DNA of 64,000 nt. It comes from an uncultured Pseudomonadales bacterium. Its GTDB lineage: Bacteria > Patescibacteriota > Microgenomatia > UBA1400 > PJMF01. Location: NCBI GenBank assembly GCA_964457085.1, contig CAYWDM010000001.1, positions 178,914 through 242,913 on the forward strand. The letters are read 5' to 3'. Shown piece by piece: positions 12,662 to 22,316 of this stretch; positions within the stretch are counted from its first letter, which is position 1; every line of letters starts with the position of its first letter. The notes under the pieces are model-generated. The model did no database searches. It was not told where the DNA came from and worked only from the letters and a program-made list of their open reading frames with translations. The position numbers and the translations under genes are program-made.

Positions 12662-12883
12662 CTAGTCTAGGGATAGTTCTGTGCGCAAAACTACTAGTTT
12701 GTGGGCAACAGTTGCATCTATTTCCTGAGTACCTACAGAAATCTTTACTCCTCCAAGAACTTTAGGGTTTATGACCATTTTATATTCCAGGTCTTTCCCA
12801 TAATGTTTGGTAAGTTTAAGCTTAATGCTTTTCAACACTTCTTCACTCAAAGCTTTTGCTGTGGTGATAACGACTTTCTGCAT
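12662..12883 (-). CDS. atpH: Truncated ATP synthase delta (OSCP) subunit, C-terminal domain only
   Basis: 73 aa. The sequence VINPKVLGGVKISVGTQEIDATVAHKL matches the conserved delta C-terminal region. Only 22 nt separate it from the stop of atpF, so a longer delta cannot be encoded here. Confidence 0.55.
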   Translation of the reverse strand: MQKVVITTAKALSEEVLKSIKLKLTKHYGKDLEYKMVINPKVLGGVKISVGTQEIDATVAHKLVVLRTELSLD

Positions 12884-12905
12884 ATTTTTCCTTTAAATGA
12901 AGTGG

Positions 12906-13388
12906 CTATTTGCCGAAGACTTTGTCAAGTTCTCGGGAAATGAATGCACCTTCAGTTTTCTCATCAAGCTTCTTGTCAATAACTTTTGCACTTACAGCCA
13001 TGATCGCATCAACCATCTCTTGACGTGCTGCTGTAATTAGCTGAGCATGCTCCATTTTCCAATCAGCTTGTAGTTTCTCTACTTCTGCCTTGGCTTCTGA
13101 TTTTGCACGTTCAACAATCTCATGTTGCTGTTTAGTTGCACGCTTTACTGCTTCATCAACTAGATTTGCAGCTTTACGCTCAGCTTCATGTTCGATTTTT
13201 GACTTGAGTTCGGTGAGATTATGCTTTTCATCAATAGCTGCTTGTGCAGCCTCTTGACCCTCTTTAATTTTACTGACACGCTCATCCATTATTTTTTGGA
13301 TTGGCTTGTAGAGTAAATAGGTTAGGGCACCCATCACCACCGAAAAGTTAATGATTTGAAAAATGATCTGGGGTAACTGTATATCCAT
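12906..13388 (-). CDS. atpF: Fo ATP synthase subunit b
   Basis: 160 aa. An N-terminal transmembrane helix is followed by a long charged helix rich in Ala, Glu and Lys. Confidence 0.85.
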   Translation of the reverse strand: MDIQLPQIIFQIINFSVVMGALTYLLYKPIQKIMDERVSKIKEGQEAAQAAIDEKHNLTELKSKIEHEAERKAANLVDEAVKRATKQQHEIVERAKSEAKAEVEKLQADWKMEHAQLITAARQEMVDAIMAVSAKVIDKKLDEKTEGAFISRELDKVFGK

Positions 13389-13399
13389 AATGCTACTCC

Positions 13400-13630
<231 letters not shown>

Positions 13631-14569
13631 TTAGTGTTCCTCATGACTTATTGTTGCCATGTAATAAAAGATTAACGATAATAATGAAAATACTACTGCT
13701 TGAATTGCACCCACAAAAATCTCTAGTCCGTAGAAAACCATCGGCACGACCAAAGGAATGAGTGCACCGATAACCGTCAGCAAGACTTCACCTGCAAAAA
13801 CGTTACCGAATAACCGAAATGCGAATGACAGGACCTTAGAAACATCCGAAATTAACTCTAAAATTCCAACAAAGAACATGATTGGGTTAGTAAAGTTAAA
13901 AAATTTCTTGAAATATTCCAAGTGTAAATAAGTTACACCCCACATCTGCACACTAAACATAGTAATAAGTGCAAGTGCGATTGTGGTATTGAGGTCTGCA
14001 GTACCTGCACGAAGCAATGGCACAAATTTTGACCCCGCTGGTTTATCTTCTGAATGACTTTCACTCTCAGTAACTGCCACTGACTCTGTTGCAACCACAC
14101 CGTTTTCTGGTTTTGCATCTGGCTCAGATACCTTTTCAACTTTTGTTGAGGCCTGAGCTTGTGCAATTGCCGGAATGGTAATTGTTTCTGGAGTTAGAGT
14201 AACTTTTTTATGTCCCTCAGCCGTTTCAGTGAATCCGACAGTGCCAACACCTGGTAATAAACCAAACCAGTTATTTAACAAAATAAAAACAAAAAAGCCC
14301 ACTATTAGGGGCATAAATCGGCGGGTTTTTTTGTGGTCGTTAGTCACACTTTGGATAAGTCCATAGAGTGACTCAATAATATATTCACCAAGATTTTGAA
14401 TTCCTGATGGGCTACCGAGTTCTTTCGAGAGTTTAAGTCTAACTGCAAAAGCGAATGCAATAATTAGTGCGGATACTATTAGGCTAGTTAGAATTGAGTT
14501 GGAGATAACTAATGATCCAAAAGTTGCGATTGGTTCAGCTGAAATCGAAATGTGCAAGGCTCCAGACAT
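13631..14569 (-). CDS. atpB: Fo ATP synthase subunit a, with a roughly 65-aa low-complexity insertion
   Basis: 312 aa. The C-terminus has multi-TM a-subunit features (LSFAFRLFGNVFAGEV). An internal hydrophilic Thr/Glu/Ser/Ala-rich insert lies between TM segments. Confidence 0.85.
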   Translation of the reverse strand: MSGALHISISAEPIATFGSLVISNSILTSLIVSALIIAFAFAVRLKLSKELGSPSGIQNLGEYIIESLYGLIQSVTNDHKKTRRFMPLIVGFFVFILLNNWFGLLPGVGTVGFTETAEGHKKVTLTPETITIPAIAQAQASTKVEKVSEPDAKPENGVVATESVAVTESESHSEDKPAGSKFVPLLRAGTADLNTTIALALITMFSVQMWGVTYLHLEYFKKFFNFTNPIMFFVGILELISDVSKVLSFAFRLFGNVFAGEVLLTVIGALIPLVVPMVFYGLEIFVGAIQAVVFSLLSLIFYYMATISHEEH

Positions 14570-14729
14570 AAGCGATTATTCGTAGGTAAGTATGTTTCTT
14601 CAAGTTTGTGGTTGCTTACCTGTTACGCACCAAAAACAAGAACAATTATATTGATAAAGACCGAACTGACAAGAGACAAACGCGACTGGATCGCTTTTAT
14701 CTTTAGTGATTGCGATAGGATGGTCTTAG

Positions 14730-16655
14730 CTATTCGGCCAAGACCACTACTGCATCATATGCCTTCTTTGGATCTTCAGTTTCAATGCCTTTTTGCGACT
14801 TAAGAGTTAATCCTGCAGCTTTGGAGATACTGGCTACCAATGCATCATTTGTCTCATGAACCAGAATATATGAACCTTTTTCATAGGTTCCTGCAGCATT
14901 ACCAGTTTTCACTGTAGCATATCCTGCAGCTTGGATTTTGGTAGCAGTTTTGCCTGCATATCCAGCAATTTTTGTTGCATTTACCACTAAGATTTTTTCA
15001 GGATTTTTAACTGCTGTCTTGGCAGATCCAGTAGCAGTTTTTGCTGAAGCAGAAGCAATTGGTGCCGTCGTAACAACTGGGCTTGGTGAGACACTCGGAA
15101 CTGCTGGCTCAATAACTGTGGTTTGTGAAGCAGGTTTCTTGTTGGAAACCATCATGATACCAAGTCCAAGACCAATACCTATACCAACTGTGGCAAAAAA
15201 GCTGGCCAAGCCAATAAAAACCAATTTAACCATGTTTTTCTCATCAGTTTGATTTTTTATTACTTGTCTTGGAGCAGCTGGTTTGGCTTCAGCGACAATT
15301 TGAACTGAGTCCTTAGAATCAACTGTACTTGCGGTAGTCTTTGTCGATTCATCTTTAAGGAATTTTTCAACTGAATCAGTGTCACCAGCTACATCTGGAA
15401 GCACAGCTGAGTCCTTGAAGGTTACAGTTGGTGATGAGGTCTCAACTACAGCCGCTGGAGTAGTATTGGTGTTTGCAGTACCAAACAGCTTTTCTAAATC
15501 TGCAGCAACCATTGCCTCTTCAGCTTCTGGTGTGATTTTTGCTGCTTCTGTTACTTCCGATACAACCGTATCTATTGTTGAGTTACTTGCGGTCTTTGTG
15601 TCAGTCATAATTGAATCAATCGACTCAGTCACTTGACTTGTTGGTGCAAGTTCGACTGCAGTCTTTTGCTCCTGTGGTTTTGGTAATTCTATTTTGCTAG
15701 CATCTGGCACTGTCATTTCCTGTGACCTGAGACCCCGAGCAAACTCAAGCTCTTCAGTAGTTATGGCAACTGCTTCAGTGGCTGGTATCTCTGTATGAAT
15801 CTCAACAGGGGCAGCTTTATCCATTTCAAATTTTGGCAACATATAGTCTGGAGCAGTGAGTGACCTCATCCCAGACTCAATAATCTGCTTTACGTAGGAT
15901 GGCATTTTTGTGTCAGTTTCATTAAAAACTGCCAATTGCTGCACAGGCACCAAGTCATGCAGTTCGTCTTTGAGTTGTGCTGCGACAACCTCACTTGCCA
16001 AGACATAAATTGTCTGGATGCTTGGTTCAGCACCTTTAAGTGTTTTAATCGTTTCAACAATGTTAGTTGACTCGAGTACGGGTGCATAACTTGTCTGATC
16101 AATACCAATATAATGCTGTGACAGATAGAGCTTGTCTCCCATCTGCAGGACACTAATCGAAGGCTCAAGTGAAATAATCGATTTAGCCGACCAACTCAGT
16201 GACACAATGGACTGAGTAGTTAAACCGCGTTGTGCCATGGCACGAGCCAATGGGGCCATGAGCGACCTCTCAAGTGCTGAAAGTTGTACCTTATAGATGC
16301 CTTTAAACTCAGTCAAGATGAAAGTCTCGATCTGGTGAGAGGTTTTATCAATCTCTAAACCTGGGAGTAGTTGTGATTTGAGATATTCTTTGACCTTGAC
16401 TTCAGAATCAGCTCGAACATTCACGATAGTGTCAGTGAATAAGTAATCTGGTAAAACTACAATGTAATCAGCAACATCCAAACGATCGAGTAGCTTGGCG
16501 ATATTGGCTTCAATAAATTCGTTGTCATCTAAAAACTCACCATTAATCTGGCGAAAATTATGAATTGCATACGAAAATGGTTTTTTGGTTGGTAGCAATT
16601 CGGCTACATATGCAAGGTCTGGAAGAATATAGAGAAGTTTAGGCATGGCACTCAT
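14730..16655 (-). CDS. Bitopic protein with a cytoplasmic N-terminal domain, a Thr/Ser/Ala-rich linker, one TM helix and a C-terminal LytR_C-like (LCP C-terminal) domain
   Basis: 641 aa. The TM helix is FIGLASFFATVGIGIGLGLGIMMV. The C-terminal KILVVNATKIAGYAGKTATKIQAAGYATVKTGNAAG...YILV fits the LytR_C pattern. The N-terminal ~280 aa could have an actin-like (PilM/FtsA-like) fold; this is speculative. Confidence 0.45.
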   Translation of the reverse strand: MSAMPKLLYILPDLAYVAELLPTKKPFSYAIHNFRQINGEFLDDNEFIEANIAKLLDRLDVADYIVVLPDYLFTDTIVNVRADSEVKVKEYLKSQLLPGLEIDKTSHQIETFILTEFKGIYKVQLSALERSLMAPLARAMAQRGLTTQSIVSLSWSAKSIISLEPSISVLQMGDKLYLSQHYIGIDQTSYAPVLESTNIVETIKTLKGAEPSIQTIYVLASEVVAAQLKDELHDLVPVQQLAVFNETDTKMPSYVKQIIESGMRSLTAPDYMLPKFEMDKAAPVEIHTEIPATEAVAITTEELEFARGLRSQEMTVPDASKIELPKPQEQKTAVELAPTSQVTESIDSIMTDTKTASNSTIDTVVSEVTEAAKITPEAEEAMVAADLEKLFGTANTNTTPAAVVETSSPTVTFKDSAVLPDVAGDTDSVEKFLKDESTKTTASTVDSKDSVQIVAEAKPAAPRQVIKNQTDEKNMVKLVFIGLASFFATVGIGIGLGLGIMMVSNKKPASQTTVIEPAVPSVSPSPVVTTAPIASASAKTATGSAKTAVKNPEKILVVNATKIAGYAGKTATKIQAAGYATVKTGNAAGTYEKGSYILVHETNDALVASISKAAGLTLKSQKGIETEDPKKAYDAVVVLAE

Positions 16656-16762
16656 AACAATTAGTATAGCGTATTTGGAGAGAGAAGAGCAACGGATCTA
16701 CTTTTATTAGGACTAAAATTTGATATTTTTAATGACGAGTTGCGGACGATATACTACAACAT

Positions 16763-17263
16763 ATGAGTAACTCAACAGATTTGATTTATGAGAGCAGACT
16801 TTTTCGAATTGAACGACATCCACAACCCTTTATTTCCAGAGAAGAAGGTGGTCATATTCGAATTTTTCCAAAAAGAGCAAGCATTGCCACCATTTCCGAG
16901 CTCTATCCTGAGGAAGCTGTGGAACTTATCTATATAGAGATGGTCGTCCGGGAAGCCATGATGCTTGCCCTAACTGAGCGGGGTGTTGACATGATTTGGG
17001 TTAACATTGAGGACCTCGGAAATTGGGCGTTTAAACGTCAAGAGCAACCTCGATTGCATATTCATGTATTCGGTCGTGCTAAATCAGCAACGAAACAACT
17101 TTGGCCTGAAGCTCCATACCTCCCTGATAGGAGCTCGGGCTTTTACGATGCATTTATTCCTCTGAATGAGGATGATATAAATTGTATTCGAGATCATATC
17201 GTAGATATTTTAGCCAAGTCACCATATAACCAACTCGCCAATTGGCAATTTAAGAATGACTAG
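16763..17263 (+). CDS. HIT-family (histidine triad) hydrolase-like protein
   Basis: 166 aa. The LHIHVFGR motif resembles the HxHxHxx histidine triad. It overlaps the downstream MFS gene by 8 nt. Confidence 0.55.
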   Translation: MSNSTDLIYESRLFRIERHPQPFISREEGGHIRIFPKRASIATISELYPEEAVELIYIEMVVREAMMLALTERGVDMIWVNIEDLGNWAFKRQEQPRLHIHVFGRAKSATKQLWPEAPYLPDRSSGFYDAFIPLNEDDINCIRDHIVDILAKSPYNQLANWQFKND

Positions 17264-18446
17264 CACCTTGCTACCTCACTACGAGATACGCAGCGTCAAA
17301 CACTATTACCTAATTACCATTCTGGCAAATTGTTGGTTCTCTACAGCCACTTGGATTTTCTTTGTTCAAAAATACATGTCGCTAACCACATTCGGGTTAG
17401 TCGATAGTGCTATATTCGCACTTGGCTTATTATTAGAAATTCCTACTGGAGCACTTGCAGATCTACTCGGCAAAAAACGAGCAATTCAACTAGCCATGCT
17501 ATTTCTCAGTTTTGGCAGTTTAGCCATGGGACTCAGTCAGGATAAGTTTTGGTTAATTATCTCCATGGCATTAGTACAAGTGGGATTGGCTTTTTATAGT
17601 GGCAGTGTTGAAGCTTTTGTCTACGACTCACTACTCGATGCCAACGAATCAAAAAACTACGATCGCGTTATTGCTACTGGCATTGCACTAATCAATATCA
17701 CCTGTGCAGTCACGACTGCACTCGGCGGTTGGCTATATGAGTGGAACTTCAGATCACCGTTACTCGCTTGGAGTATTGGAAATTTTCTTGGGCTAATTCT
17801 CAGTCTTTTCATTACTGAACCGTTACACGACTCACTACAAGTTACCTGGGGCAATTACTGGGAAAAAACCAGATTAGGCGTTCGCTCTCTTTTCAATTCC
17901 AAACTATTACCAACACTGCCACTAATTTGGCTGCTACTTGGTGTGGTATTTCTATGGGATTGGGGAATGGTGAGAACTGTATCGGCTACGTTTTTTAAAC
18001 TGCCAATTACCGCACAAGCGAGCATCTATGCAATTCTGCCACTGCTGGCGGTAGTTGTGGTTCGGTGGCTGCCGTGGTTTCGCCGCCAAGTTTCAGACTT
18101 AACTGGATTGCAAATAATTGGACTGATTCTAGTGGTGGCACATAGTGCGTTTGCTTGGATTTCGGGCTGGTGGGGCATTAGTGTGTTAGCGGTAATCGCA
18201 GTTGGAGGAAGTCTAGTTCAGCCACTGAGTTCATTGCTGGTCAACCAAGTCGTGGAGTCCAGATATAGGGCTACTGCACTGTCAACATTGGCACTCATTA
18301 CCAAAATTCCCTACATTCTGTTCTCACCAATCATTGGGTATCTTGCGGATCAAGGTAAATACCAGTGGTATGGAATTGGAGTTGCAGTGGTATTGACCTT
18401 GGTGATAATTCAGTCTCAGATTGCTAAGAGAGTGAAGGTATATTAA
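17256..18446 (+). CDS. MFS transporter
   Basis: 396 aa with about 12 predicted TM helices and two-repeat MFS topology. Confidence 0.75.
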   Translation: MTSTLLPHYEIRSVKHYYLITILANCWFSTATWIFFVQKYMSLTTFGLVDSAIFALGLLLEIPTGALADLLGKKRAIQLAMLFLSFGSLAMGLSQDKFWLIISMALVQVGLAFYSGSVEAFVYDSLLDANESKNYDRVIATGIALINITCAVTTALGGWLYEWNFRSPLLAWSIGNFLGLILSLFITEPLHDSLQVTWGNYWEKTRLGVRSLFNSKLLPTLPLIWLLLGVVFLWDWGMVRTVSATFFKLPITAQASIYAILPLLAVVVVRWLPWFRRQVSDLTGLQIIGLILVVAHSAFAWISGWWGISVLAVIAVGGSLVQPLSSLLVNQVVESRYRATALSTLALITKIPYILFSPIIGYLADQGKYQWYGIGVAVVLTLVIIQSQIAKRVKVY

Positions 18447-18456
18447 AACAACTCAG

Positions 18457-19077
18457 TTATCGCTTCAGAAGCTCAGATAATTTTTGACTCGATTCAGATT
18501 CTGCAATTGGATCATAGAGCATAGTCTGCCAACCTCGTTTTTGTGCCGCTTCTAAATTCACTGGAGTATTATCCACAAATAAAATTTCTTCTGGCGGACA
18601 ACCTGTTTTTTGTTCGGCTACTGTATATATTGCCGCATCTGGTTTTTTGAAACCACAGATACTTGAATCGACGATTACCTCAAATAAATTAGGGTCAATC
18701 AGTTTTTGTTTGACAATTAAATCGAACATGCCCTGGTACATATTGGTTAGTAAGCCCAACTGAACACCACTTTTTTTTGCCTCAATCACTGGTTTCCAGA
18801 TACTTTTATTTGCATCGAAAGCCTCCACGAATGCCTGCGTTAGTGAAAAATTTTCTGGAAAAACTAATCCCAGTTCACAAAATTCCGGCAGAATGTCGTC
18901 AGCATCAAAAGTAGTGCATATCTTGGCTTGATGTTTTTCCCAAACTTTCATTACAGCATCATGATTTTGAGCTGTAACACCAAGACTGGCAAAAAAATCT
19001 TTCATTTTCTGAGTGCCAGAAAAATCAATAATGGCAACTCCACCAACATCTAAATACAAAAATGATATTTTTTTCAT
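18457..19077 (-). CDS. HAD-like hydrolase
   Basis: 206 aa. The N-terminal LYLDVGGV is HAD motif I-like. Confidence 0.45.
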   Translation of the reverse strand: MKKISFLYLDVGGVAIIDFSGTQKMKDFFASLGVTAQNHDAVMKVWEKHQAKICTTFDADDILPEFCELGLVFPENFSLTQAFVEAFDANKSIWKPVIEAKKSGVQLGLLTNMYQGMFDLIVKQKLIDPNLFEVIVDSSICGFKKPDAAIYTVAEQKTGCPPEEILFVDNTPVNLEAAQKRGWQTMLYDPIAESESSQKLSELLKR

Positions 19078-19092
19078 TTCAAATAGTATTAC

Positions 19093-19935
19093 TTAAAACT
19101 GAACCACCATGGCAATTACGCCAATCGTAACGATTATAGTGCCAATAATTTTTTGAGTAAGTTTTTCAGTCTCTTTTAATATACATATTCCATATAACAC
19201 TGCAAATAAAGTCATAGCCTGATACACGCCAACGGCCTTACTAGCATCGGTCAGATGCATTGCCTCAATCATTAAATATGAAGATGCAATATTAAATGAA
19301 CCAGCAAGCAAGATCTGAGAGAATTTGTGTTTAACAGATTGCAAAATTCTTTGTGTCCCTTGTTTCATCAGAAAGGGTAAAACAAACAGAGGCACCACTC
19401 CGTGAGCAATAATTATTAGTTCTGTTGGTGCTACGTTACTCGCATATTTGACTATCGTACTTAGTAGGGCACTGGAAAAAGAGAAGACTAATGCGATTTT
19501 AATGCCTCGATCTTTTTTAATTTCTTTTGGAGAGGTCACAATCGCGATACCGAGAAAAATTGCCAATATGCCCAAGTATTCAGGAATGGATAATCGCTCA
19601 CCAACCAAAAACCATGCCAATAAGGGTGACCAAATTACCCGCAGGCGCGAAATAACCGAGGAAATTGATAACTCTGTGTATGCATGCATTTTCATGAAAA
19701 CATACACAGAAAATAACTCAGAAAAACTTACCAATACTAGAGGTACCAACATCTCAGGTCGTAACTCGAATCCTCCGCGAATAACCACCACTACAAAAAA
19801 GAAAACAGTGCGAACAAACTCAAACCACCAACCATATGCTGTGGCATCACCATTCTTTTTTAAGGCAGTTCGATTAACTATATTGAATCCAGTTGAAGCC
19901 AGTCCTGCTGCTGCTGCGAGTAGTAGCCAATTCAT
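19093..19935 (-). CDS. DMT-superfamily (EamA-like) transporter
   Basis: 280 aa with about 10 TM helices and two repeated EamA-like halves. Confidence 0.6.
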   Translation of the reverse strand: MNWLLLAAAAGLASTGFNIVNRTALKKNGDATAYGWWFEFVRTVFFFVVVVIRGGFELRPEMLVPLVLVSFSELFSVYVFMKMHAYTELSISSVISRLRVIWSPLLAWFLVGERLSIPEYLGILAIFLGIAIVTSPKEIKKDRGIKIALVFSFSSALLSTIVKYASNVAPTELIIIAHGVVPLFVLPFLMKQGTQRILQSVKHKFSQILLAGSFNIASSYLMIEAMHLTDASKAVGVYQAMTLFAVLYGICILKETEKLTQKIIGTIIVTIGVIAMVVQF

Positions 19936-20927
19936 AGCACCGCTGCTCTCATCACATTCTGTAGGTATTCAAGTGTTCCGTTATGCAGATGCTGTTGCCC
20001 ATTCCAAGTAATAATATTGAATTCATTACCAAGTAATTCAGGCGATTCTTGACGAAAATCAATCGCTCTAGTCTGTGGATGTACTGCCACGCACATCTTG
20101 CGATCACTACCACCATTTTTTTCAAATTTATCACCCCAGATTTCCATCAATTCTGGCTGTTGCATGATAGTGCTTGGTAAATTTAGTTGCTTCAACAGTT
20201 GTTGATTCGTCAAAATTTTCTCTATAGCAGTGGTTTTAGAGACTCCCTCAATTGATAGATCGAGTGCAAAGACTCCTGCTACATGTGGACCAATAGGCAA
20301 CTGTGCTGCTCTGAGTAACTCTTCGGCACGCTGAAAGAAGGGGACGCGCAGATCGTATTTGCCGTTAGATTGCACAATATTTAAGTCAAGGTTTTTTTCA
20401 ATTCGAGCCAACTGAAAACTAGAGAGATCATAACTATTTACGAACTCGAGCGTGATTTGTGGTCCTCGATCAGCTAGCATCACCGTGAATGGATCATCAC
20501 CAACTTGAGATTGGAACTGCGAAACTGACATTGTCGGTGTAGTTTTTAGTTGGAATTCTGTGAGTAACTGCCGCACAATCCCACGCCAAGCTGCCTTCTG
20601 TGACTGTGTCAGTTGAGAATCGTAGACACTGTAAATTGGTGGTAATAATTCCCCGCTGCTGTCATAGACACAGACTTCAGCCCCACTGCAGTGAGCAACA
20701 ATAATCTGGTGACGTAAACTTGCATCGATTTGATTCACGATTCGTTCCTGCACACTTTCCAAACCTGCACCAGTGACCAAAAACAAAACCAGATCGTGTT
20801 TGAGCAACCAAGTTAGTTCTGCAATCATTTCTGGAGTAGCAGCCGTATACACATCGGCGATGGTTTCATCAACATCAGCAAGAATTAATTTAAGTGAATT
20901 ATTCCAAACAATTGTGCCACCAGACAT
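19932..20927 (-). CDS. HAD-IIB (Cof-like) phosphatase family protein with a C-terminal extension
   Basis: 331 aa. The N-terminal LILADVDETIAD is HAD motif I. Confidence 0.5.
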   Translation of the reverse strand: MSGGTIVWNNSLKLILADVDETIADVYTAATPEMIAELTWLLKHDLVLFLVTGAGLESVQERIVNQIDASLRHQIIVAHCSGAEVCVYDSSGELLPPIYSVYDSQLTQSQKAAWRGIVRQLLTEFQLKTTPTMSVSQFQSQVGDDPFTVMLADRGPQITLEFVNSYDLSSFQLARIEKNLDLNIVQSNGKYDLRVPFFQRAEELLRAAQLPIGPHVAGVFALDLSIEGVSKTTAIEKILTNQQLLKQLNLPSTIMQQPELMEIWGDKFEKNGGSDRKMCVAVHPQTRAIDFRQESPELLGNEFNIITWNGQQHLHNGTLEYLQNVMRAAVL

Positions 20928-21008
20928 AAAGCATGCCTTCTCTTTTCAAGATTTCTGACTCTTTCACGATAATTCTAAGGCGAAATGTGACACAGCTCTA
21001 TAGGCAAG

Positions 21009-21635
21009 TTAGAGTGTGGTGATTAACTTTGGCAGTTCATTGAAATCTGTAGTCTGTCGATCAGCACCAATAATGCTGTTTTTTGTAAATGCGATAGCAC
21101 TCATTCCAGCAGATTTAGCCGCTTCAATATCTGTTTGAGCATCACCCACATACACTGATTGGTCTGGCTGCACTTTTAATCGTTCACACGCCAACAACAA
21201 TGGTTCAGGATCAGGCTTATGCTTCTCAGTGTCTTCATAGTAAATAGTGGTTTTGAAAAAATGTTCCAATGATGCAAGCTGAGTAAGCGTAAAAACTCTG
21301 CCAGCTACACGGCTGGTAACGATACCCAACTCATACTGATCAGACAAACTCTCAATAATTTGATCTCGACCAGCTGGTATCAGCAATAATTCTTCCGGAT
21401 ACCGCACCTCTCGGTTCAGGGCTATACGCCTAATCTGTTCACGCTCATTCTCATCAGCTTCTGGAGCTAAGTGTGCAATTACTTGCTGCATCGTCCTGTG
21501 AAATAGAGGACGGTATTTTTCTCTGTCAGGTACTTGATGCCCAACAAATGTCATCAAATCTCGATAAAACGTAAAATTCGCTTCAAATGAATCAATCAAT
21601 ACACCATCAACATCAAAAAATACTGTTTTAATCAT
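21009..21635 (-). CDS. HAD-IA hydrolase (beta-phosphoglucomutase/phosphatase-like)
   Basis: 208 aa. It contains FFDVDGVLIDS (motif I) and YVGDAQTDIEAAKSAG (motif IV). Confidence 0.75.
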   Translation of the reverse strand: MIKTVFFDVDGVLIDSFEANFTFYRDLMTFVGHQVPDREKYRPLFHRTMQQVIAHLAPEADENEREQIRRIALNREVRYPEELLLIPAGRDQIIESLSDQYELGIVTSRVAGRVFTLTQLASLEHFFKTTIYYEDTEKHKPDPEPLLLACERLKVQPDQSVYVGDAQTDIEAAKSAGMSAIAFTKNSIIGADRQTTDFNELPKLITTL

Positions 21636-21707
21636 AGGTTGGTCATTATAACCCGCGACTCAAATCTAAATTGTAATCAACTACTGCTCACATATATACT
21701 AAGAGCT

Positions 21708-22316
21708 ATGACAATCTGCATCATTGGTGACAGCATTACTTGGGGAGCATATCTACCGTTTCGAGGAGCATGGGCAAATTTATTTCGCAATTATCTCGAA
21801 TCTTTAAACCCAAACACTGCTGTGTATGACCTAGGAATTGATGGCAACACTTCAAAAGACTTACTAGTGCACTTTGACAACGAGATCTCAGTCCGCCATC
21901 CAGATGCAATTATGATTGCAATTGGAGCCAACGACACACTATATCGTCGTAATCTCGACAATTTGGAAACTACTGAAGCTGATTTTTCCAACAATCTATC
22001 CCAATTAATTGAGAAGGCTAAAAACTACACCCAAAAAGTGATCTTAGTTGGTCTTGCCAAAGGCACTGATGATAAAACCGTACCGCTCGCTCGAAGTACC
22101 ACAGGCAAATGTTACACCAAGCAGCGATTTGCACTCTATGACCAGATTGTTCAAACACAGGCACAGCTACACAACTGCGAGTATGTCAAAATTAGTGATG
22201 TGCTCAGTGACGAAGATTTTGATGATGGCTTGCATCCCAACCTAGGGGGACATGCAAAGATATTCGAGGCAGTTCGAAGAAATTGGACAAAACAACTTCC
22301 ACAGCACAATGATTGA
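21708..22316 (+). CDS. SGNH/GDSL hydrolase
   Basis: The ATG start gives MTICIIGDSITWGA (GDS motif block I). Later GANDT and DGLHPN blocks follow. Confidence 0.7.
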   Translation: MTICIIGDSITWGAYLPFRGAWANLFRNYLESLNPNTAVYDLGIDGNTSKDLLVHFDNEISVRHPDAIMIAIGANDTLYRRNLDNLETTEADFSNNLSQLIEKAKNYTQKVILVGLAKGTDDKTVPLARSTTGKCYTKQRFALYDQIVQTQAQLHNCEYVKISDVLSDEDFDDGLHPNLGGHAKIFEAVRRNWTKQLPQHND

